Assembly (NCBI RefSeq): GCF_006345805.1
Contig: NC_043023.1
Coordinates: 10,168,001 to 10,232,000 of the forward strand
Direction: 5' to 3'
DNA: 64,000 nucleotides
Source of the DNA: Octopus sinensis
Lineage: Eukaryota
The notes under the pieces are model-generated. The model saw only the letters and a list, made by a program, of their open reading frames with translations. It was not told the DNA's origin and made no database searches. Shown here one piece after another: positions 55,968-64,000 of the stretch (its first letter is position 1; every line of letters starts with the position of its first letter). The translations under genes were made by a program, and so were the position numbers.

Positions 55968-56328
55968 CTTTGTGGAAGTAAAAATAGAAATTGAAAATGT
56001 ACATGGGATATGTGTAAGGGACATGATAAATCTATTAAGAGGTCTTAAACAGATTGTTTCAGCCTAATCTATATTTATCTCTCACTATAGTAAATTTTAG
56101 GGGAGCAGAACAAGAGTGAACATATAATTAGCAGATCAAAACTAGTAAAGAAGAATTATGATGTTGCTATATTAATAAGGGGTTCATAAAACAGGTGAGT
56201 TGGTTAGTGTCCACATCCTTAACATTCCTGTACATACACACACATATACATGAATGTTATGGAAGTGAGATACACACAAACATATATATATAGATATATT
56301 TACACACATATATATATATATATACATA

Positions 56329-56600
56329 CAGGAGTGGCTATGGTAAATAGCTTGCTTACCAACCACATGATTCCGCGTTTAGTCCCACTGCATGGCACCT
56401 TGAGCAAGTGTCTTGTACTATCATCTCGGGCTGGCCAAAGCCTTGTGAGTGGATTTGGTAGACAAAAACTGAAAGAAGCCCATCGTATGTGTGTGTGTGT
56501 CCTCCCAACATTGCTTAACAATTGCTAGCGATTTGGCAAAAAGGATCAACAGAATAAGTACTAGGCTTACATAGAATAAGTCCTGGACTCGATTACCTGT
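56329..56600 (+). mobile_element. tRNA-derived SINE copy
   Basis: Same family as 36544. Confidence 0.8.
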
Positions 56601-56862
56601 TGTGGCGAGAGTCACAAAAACGCGTGCAAGAACAGACTTGACTGAACGACTATGAATAGTAGCAGTCTGAGTGAGAGACCAGAGAGAGTAGGTGTTAATT
56701 GCAGGAAGTCGTAAGGTGTTGTTTTCATTGTTTGTTGGTTTGTGTATGGATTGTTGTTGTTACCCTGATCCGTAATATGTTTTATTGTTACTACAAGGTT
56801 ATAGTATAAACAGTATCATGTCATAATAATTGGTGATACAATCCCAATACATACATACATAA

Positions 56863-56901
<39 letters not shown>

Positions 56902-57119
56902 CTGAGATTCAGTAAATAGTATTTTATACATAAATATGAGGGAACCACTATGTGGAAGCCATTGCGCTAAAAAGAGATCTGCATAGCTCTCAACCACTAA
57001 GAATTGTTCTCCAGAAAATCATTTACTGAATCTCAGTTTTTTATACACTAGACCACTGGTGTTAAATTGATGTTATTAAATTAATATCCAATCTTTCACC
57101 CACATTTTGATTTTAATTT

Positions 57120-57161
<42 letters not shown>

Positions 57162-57349
57162 TACACATATATACATATAATATATATAGGGTTTATCTCC
57201 TATGTAATGTAGTGATGATGTAGTGCATAAAATGATGGTGTAGTGTTTGCAGGTTGAAGACTATTGTATGTTTATGGGTTCTGCCAAATGCAAGCTTTCT
57301 TTTCAGGTACATGATGCTGCTGTCCCCCATCCCAGGGTCTCATGGACCC

Positions 57350-57705
57350 ATACCTTCAACACCCTCAGGGTTAGTACTCTCAACGTCGGCACACTGAAAG
57401 GTAGGTCTGGTGAGATTGTTAACATGCTTGAACAGAGATGTGTAGATTTGTGCTGCATCCAAGAAGGTGGAGAGGAAGTTCTCCTAGGTTCCTCACAGGC
57501 AAAGAACATAAGTATAAGATTTTCTGGGTAGGGAACACTGATGGAGTCGGGGGCATGAGTATACTTCTTGCAGAGAAATGGGCTGATAAGGTAATCGAGA
57601 TAGTCAGAGTCTGTGATGGAATACTGAAGTTTAGATTAGTGCTGCAACATGGATTAGCAACCATTATCTCGGCTTATGACCCTCAGTCAGGGCTACCTGA
57701 TGAAT
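57350..57705 (+). mobile_element. RTE-like LINE endonuclease (APE) fragment
   Basis: LRVSTLNVGTLKGRSGEIV...VDLCCIQE, then after a frameshift RWRG...GVGGMSILL...ISAYDPQSG. Confidence 0.8.
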
Positions 57706-58992
57706 ATGTGCTTACATTGACAGTGCTGTGTCTACATTGGCTGCAGCTATCAGCATCTGAAAAGGTTGTTATTAGCATTTTCCTGCCTGCATGTCATTAG
57801 CAGTTGTCCTTGCATTTAATCCTGCATCATTCATGTAACGCTTGCTAACACCACTGGAGCGGGTGTTGTGCTGGCATTAGCACAGAGGTGTTCGTATGGA
57901 TACCTGTAAAGAGGAGTTAATCAGGTATTGTCACCACCAACAGTGGAGGGTGTTGCATCCCGGCATTCATGCAAAGCCATGTTAATACAAATAAAGGTAA
58001 ATAAGTTAGGTAGACAAATACAGTAAGGGTAGTCAATCCGTTGAGTTAGGCACAGAGAGAGGAGAAGGGAAGTTGATTCATCATGTACTGATGATAATGG
58101 ATTAATGAAGCAATAGGCACTGAGTTCAGCATGCTCTCATTTAGCTTTGCTGCTGGGGACAAGGACCTTTAACTTATCTCTGCTGCATAATCTGAGTGTG
58201 CAATGTGTCTGACAAGAGTAACTCTCTTTCTGGGTATACATATATATATATATACATATATACACACACACACATTTATACATACGTGCAGAGGGAAAAA
58301 AGCAGCCAAGAAGCCAAATAAATTATTGGACACAAGATAAAATGCAGACACCAACAATTTACACACACACACACACACGCAACATGAGAGACAGACACTA
58401 AAAGATGATGATCATCATTATTTACATTATTTACATTTGATGGATATTTGTCCTCATCTTGTTTGTTGTTAACACAATGTTTCGGCTGATATACCCTTCA
58501 GCCTTTGCCAGGTGTCTTGAGGAAATTTCGAACCTATGTTCTCATTCCAAAGGTATTTTTCAATGTTGTTGTTATTATTATTATTATTATTGTTATTATT
58601 ATTCAAGTCACTGCCTGGAACTGAACTCGGAATCTTGGGGTTAGTAGCCTGTACTATTAACCACTATGCCATATGCCCACGGGCATATGGCAGAGTGGTT
58701 TTTGATGATATATATAATCTGATATATATATGGGTTGAATTCATAATGATCTTGTTTTGTCTGACCATTAAAGATAGTACTATCAGCAGTGGTGGTCAGT
58801 TGGACTGTCATCACCACTACTACTATCATCATTGTTATTACCAACATAATTATTCTTCACAGACCCAAGACCTGCTATGTAAAGGCTGCTGCAGTGCAGT
58901 TGATTAAATCTACCCCCAGATTTTCACTGGTATTTTGATGATATAAATATTGAATACTAGAGAGAGGATATAATATGTATTTTTTAACTAAC

Positions 58993-59029
58993 CTGGGCCA
59001 GCATCAACGATACCACACCATAGTGTTGC
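58993..59029 (-). CDS. ANK-RING-DD gene, 37-bp exon completing an ankyrin repeat
   Basis: ctttcAG/GTtagt, phases 2/0. (K)QHYGVVSLMLAQ bridges the phase-2 end of 62694-63460 to the phase-0 exon 55755-55967. Confidence 0.8.
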
Positions 59030-59455
59030 CTGAAAGTTATACAAAGAGGAGAGGAAAAACAATTATTATTATTAGATTAACCAATGAAAACAAATGTAAT
59101 TCGGTCATTATAACCTAATTACATCAATAATTACATACACACAAATACACGTTATACATATATATATGAGTTAAGAAATGGAGTAGATAAAATCTGGGCT
59201 ACATATGTTTCAAAGCAGGTGGAACATCAGAACTGGTAAATATCCAAACGAGGTGTATACCACAGGCTACCCTTCAGACCAAGGGTGTCTTGATTAAATG
59301 AAGTTTACACTGTCAATAGGAGGCACAGAAGATACGGTAAGGGAAAAACCAACAACCTTGTACCCCAATAAACCCCTTTTGTTCCTGAAAGTTGTTTCTT
59401 ACATTTCTATGGATTGTTTGAAGCTCACCTTCCTACATCTCAATCCTTGGATCCT

Positions 59456-59576
<121 letters not shown>

Positions 59577-60487
59577 ATTATACAATTATACATAATTATA
59601 ACACATGTACTGTGTTTTTCTGGAGAATTAATGGTGGTAATAGTGTATTTCACGTCTATTTTTCAGTGCGTGGTGAGGAGCAAGCCAAGCCCTTGTTATA
59701 ATTATGTATCTCTATTATAAAAGGCAGATTTTATCTGCCTCCCTTTGTAAGTTATAGAAATCTACAATATAGGATTTCTTCAATTACAATTTACCTAGCA
59801 TTTTTAAGAGTAGAATGCATCGGGTCATGCCAGGTCCAGTTTTTAAAATTTAAACTCCAATTAAGCAAAATTTACAGAAAACTCACATTCTGGTGTGTAT
59901 GTCAAATGCTTTTCTTAGTCTGGTTTACAGCACACGCAAACGCACACACACAGTGTGCAACGAATAAAGTGAAACTAGATGTAATATTTGTTTCTGTCTA
60001 TCACGCTGATAGATACATGAGTAAAATGTATGGGAAGCTAACAGATAAGAGTGAGTGAAAATGTTCTTGGAAGAGAGTAAATTAGCGACAGAGTGATTTG
60101 AGGAAGACTAAACTGAAAGTATGAAACAGTGTTTATGTATAAACAGACGACACTTATATAAACCCTTTCGTTACCAAACCGCCCGAATTTACCTATTCAT
60201 ATTTAAATGAGAATATCAGAGTAAATCTCTTCAGTACATTCGTGAAAACACGTGTTATACTTCGTAAACACTTCAAATACAGTTTTGTACAAAAATCGAA
60301 GTGTAATTTTAATTCCATGAATTATGGGAGATTTTTTTCCGAAATTTGTTCCTATTGTGTTTTCAAAATTTGTAATTCTGACAAAAAATGGATACGAATT
60401 TCATTATATCAAGCAGAGAGTCAGAATTCGAAGGATTTTCTACTGAAGACCTTCATAAATCTAACTCTATGACTGAAAAAAAAAGCA

Positions 60488-60882
60488 TCTTTATATAAGA
60501 GTGAAGTTGTGTGTCTGTCTCCTACGATTTAGATTCGTAACTACTCCCACATTTTGCGGTGCAGTTTAACCAAAAGCGGGTATCTTATAGTCGTGATTCA
60601 TATCGAGCCCTTCTGGGTATTAGCGCACATCTACGATGAGTCTACGATTTTAAAAAAATTCACCATCATATTTTTCCATTTTAATGCATTTTTTTCGCTT
60701 TTATATAAGGGAAGTAACTCTCTAAAAATATCTACGATGTGTCAACGATTTAAAAAAAAATTTACCTTAATTTTTTTTCAATTTTTAATGCATTTTTTTG
60801 CTATTTTTTGGCTATAACTCTCTAAAAATGCTTATATAGTTATTTCCCTTACAACCCGAGCAACGCCGGGCAATACTGCTAG
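60488..60882 (+). mobile_element. Non-autonomous Helitron-like element
   Basis: a|TCtttatataagagtgaagttg...cccgagcaacgccggg hairpin, CTAG|t. Another Helitron-like 5' end (tctctattataaaagg) at 59709. Confidence 0.8.
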
Positions 60883-60978
60883 TATAATTATAAAATGTTT
60901 ATAAAAATTTACCTATGGGTTATATTTCCGCACTGACCACTTAGTAAAATTTATTTATGATTTTACCCTTTAATATAA

Positions 60979-61009
<31 letters not shown>

Positions 61010-61303
61010 AATTTATAAATGAGGATAATATCGATATTTAAATATCGATATTATCAAGTGGCCACCATGGGAAAAAATACCGTACAAAGGTAATAATTTT
61101 TTTTTTAACAATTAAAAATGAGGGTGTCATATGTACGTATGCACACGGCCAGTTAAATTGCCCGCCAAAACACCCCATAAGCACGATATGGTTAAAATAA
61201 ACACCGCAGTGAATATAATAACGATATGAACATTTAACGTGGTTTTTATAGTCAGAGTTTCGACTGCTATTTCGGCATGGTGGTGTCTCTCAGACACCCT
61301 CAT

Positions 61304-61363
<60 letters not shown>

Positions 61364-61370
<7 letters not shown>

Positions 61371-61910
61371 GGGGACCCAGAAGGACCCAGAATTTTGCAA
61401 TATTATTTTCTTTGCTTAGTTTTACGTATTAACACTATTATCACCGTCAAAGTAGTCCCCATTTGAAGCACTGCATCGACCCAGACATGTTTTCCACTAT
61501 TTTGTAGCAGTGCTGGAACTGCCCTGAATGAGGTTGGACCTCAAGTGACAAGTGACCATTCGAAAAGCATGAAACCACTCGTGATCTTGTGTTTTGCTCG
61601 TGGCATCATGGCAGTGTCCTCGTAAACTGTTTGAAGCATGACAACTGTTTCGGCTGCCGTTTTCTCCAGCAGAAAACAGAATTTTATGGAAGCAAGCTGA
61701 TCCTTCATTTCAGCCATTGCAAAACTCGAACAGGGGAGAAGCCCTGCAAAACAAAGATGCACCACATGGTAACAGCACCATCCTCGAAGATGCCGCTTGG
61801 CAGGATGATGCCTGAGTATCGCATCAAGTGGCTTCTAGCAGCAGAAGCCTGAACTTCAATGGCCTTGCCCTACAGAAACGTTTCCGGCCACTTTTGGGTA
61901 CCCCCTCGTA
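61364..61910 (-). mobile_element. Internally deleted mariner element
   Basis: Imperfect TIRs (ggggacccagaagg / cttttgggtaccccctcgta). Remnant MAEMKDQLASIKFCFLLEKTAAETVVML. Confidence 0.7.
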
Positions 61911-62693
61911 TATTCGATATACTCTCTACATTATAGATCAACGATATATATACACACCTGAGTAAACACGGCAATCTATATATGGTATGATGAACAACTG
62001 TTATAAAGCCATGAAATTTAGGATGGGGAGAGGCATTAATGTGGATTATAAGGACCCCAGTACATGACTGGTATTGTATTTTATTAGCCTAGCAAAGATG
62101 GAAGGACATGGTGACCTCAGCAGGATTTGAACTCTGAACATAAAGTGTGGTAAATAAATACCACAAGGTATTTTGCCCAACAGCAATCAGACACAAAAAC
62201 AGGAGAAAAGAGGGAGGACAATTTATTAAATGAACCCCTGGATATTACTGGTACAGATTTTCACTCCAGGTTGTTAATAAATACTCTGGCAGGATTTGAA
62301 CCTGCAACATAAACAGATCAAACTAAACACTGTAAGGGAATGATTCTGCATTTAGACCAGGGTCAGAGGAAAGAGGAAAATTATAAGAGAGAGGGGGTGA
62401 GGTGTTTTATATGGAATGAAAAGAAGAGAAGGAAAGATTTGAACTTGTAAAGTTGAGGTAACGAAGGATGAGATGAAGTAAAGAATCTAGTCAGGTAACA
62501 ACAGCAACAATAATAATTAGGATGATTAATTAATGAAGTAGGTTACAGTGTCATTAGAGTGTGAGAGAGAGAGAGTTGAAGCACGACGTCCCATGGTGGT
62601 ATTATGACATGAATGACTCAAAACAAGAAAACAAACGTTATTGAAAACATTAAAGAAACAGATTTGGATAATCCAAATCCATTGGGGACTTAC

Positions 62694-63460
62694 TTTTGAA
62701 CTGCCAGATGGAGGGGAGTGTCACCATGTTTGTCCAGTTTATTGGCATCGATGCCATTTTGTTGTAGGAGAAGTTTAGCTGTGTCTGTGTGTCCATCCCA
62801 ACAGGCAAGATGTAGAGGTGTCCGACCATATTTGGTCACCACCCTCACATCAGTGCCATTTTGTTGTAGGAGAAGTTTAGCTGTGTCTGTGTGTCCATCC
62901 CAACAGGCAAGATGTAGAGGTGTCCGACCATATTTGGTCACCACCCTCACATCAGTGCCATTTTGTTGTAGGAGAAGTTTAGCTGTGTCTGTGTGTCCAT
63001 GAAATGAGGCATGATGTAGAGGTGTACAACCATCGTTGTCCACCACCCTCACATCAGTGCCATTCTGTTGTAGGAGAAGTTTAGCTGTGTCTGTGTGTCC
63101 ATAAAGTGAGGCAAGATGTAGAGGTGTCCGACCATATTTGTCCACCAACATCACATCAGTGCCATTCTGTTGTAGGAGAAGTTTAGCTGTGTCTGTGTGT
63201 CCATAAAGTGAGGCAAGATGTAGAGGTGTCCGACCATATTTGTCCACCAACCTCACATCAGTGCCATTCTGTTGTAGGAGAAGTTTAGCTGTGTCTGTGT
63301 GTCCATGAAGTGAGGCAAGATGTAGAGGTGTGCAACCATATTTGTCCACCACCCTCACATCAGTGCCATTTTGTTGTAGGAGAAGTTTAGCTGTGTCTGT
63401 GTGTCCATGAAGTGAGGCAAGATGTAGAGGTGTCCCACCATCATTATTTCGCTGAGTGAC
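62694..63460 (-). CDS. ANK-RING-DD gene, ankyrin-array exon (8 TPLH repeats, 102-bp units)
   Basis: Acceptor tttttAG at 63461-63462, donor GTaagt at 62693. Open frame VTQRNNDGGTPLHLAS...GDTPLHLAVQ. The upstream exon(s) were not identified and probably lie beyond the window. Confidence 0.95.
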
Positions 63461-64000
63461 CTAAAAACGATAAACAATAAAGACATTAAAGATGGCATCA
63501 AGTGGATGGGGTGGGGGGCAACGCAAAAATGAAAAATTTCAAAAAAAGAGAAAGAATCAGATTAATAAACAGGTGGAATGTAGTTGGAGAGGAGTAAATA
63601 AATGAGGTTCATATCATACCTGTACCCACAGACACACACACACATATATATATACATATAAACACACACACACATATATATATATATATACTCTCACATC
63701 CATATATATACACTCTCACACAAGGAAATGAGCAACTTTTGAAAGAGTCCCCACCACCACCACCGCTATTTTCTCATAAATGTGTTTATTTAAAGAATTT
63801 TTTTGCCAAAAACCCCCCGATTTCGGACACGGAGGTTCCGGAAAATTGCCAAAAAATCGGCAGTGGAATTTCCACCCCCTCCAAAATTCTTCAACTTTGA
63901 CTTTTTTCCCCCAACACTAACCCTAACCCTAACTACAGAAATGTTTTGAAATTTTTGTCCGAATCATCATCTCCGTATTTTTCCACAAATTCTGAAAAAA

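Noticed and set aside
63916-63934. Telomeric (TAACCC)n
   Set aside because: Only about three units embedded in other sequence, so not a chromosome end.

Overview
AT-rich, intron-containing animal genomic DNA. The C2H2 finger style, SINE types and microsatellite load suggest an octopus or other cephalopod (inference). The first half (1-32072) is an enormous array of 84-bp units, each encoding one C2H2 zinc finger ([19 protein letters not shown][N/K]RIHTGEKP). It has about 84 units at 1-7104, then a short unique segment with a splice acceptor and diverged first fingers. About 290 more fingers follow to a stop at 32072, roughly 260 of them near-identical. Scattered single-base indels may be long-read consensus errors. 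The second half holds a minus-strand spliced gene that I reconstructed exon by exon with consistent splice phases; its 5' end was not found. It reads ankyrin-repeat array, RING finger, tandemly duplicated symmetric micro-exons, death domain. The remainder is tRNA-derived SINEs, non-autonomous Helitrons, mariner relics, LINE fragments, SINE-derived minisatellites, an ORF1-only retro-insertion with a 17-bp TSD, and several (TA)n-embedded fold-back elements.
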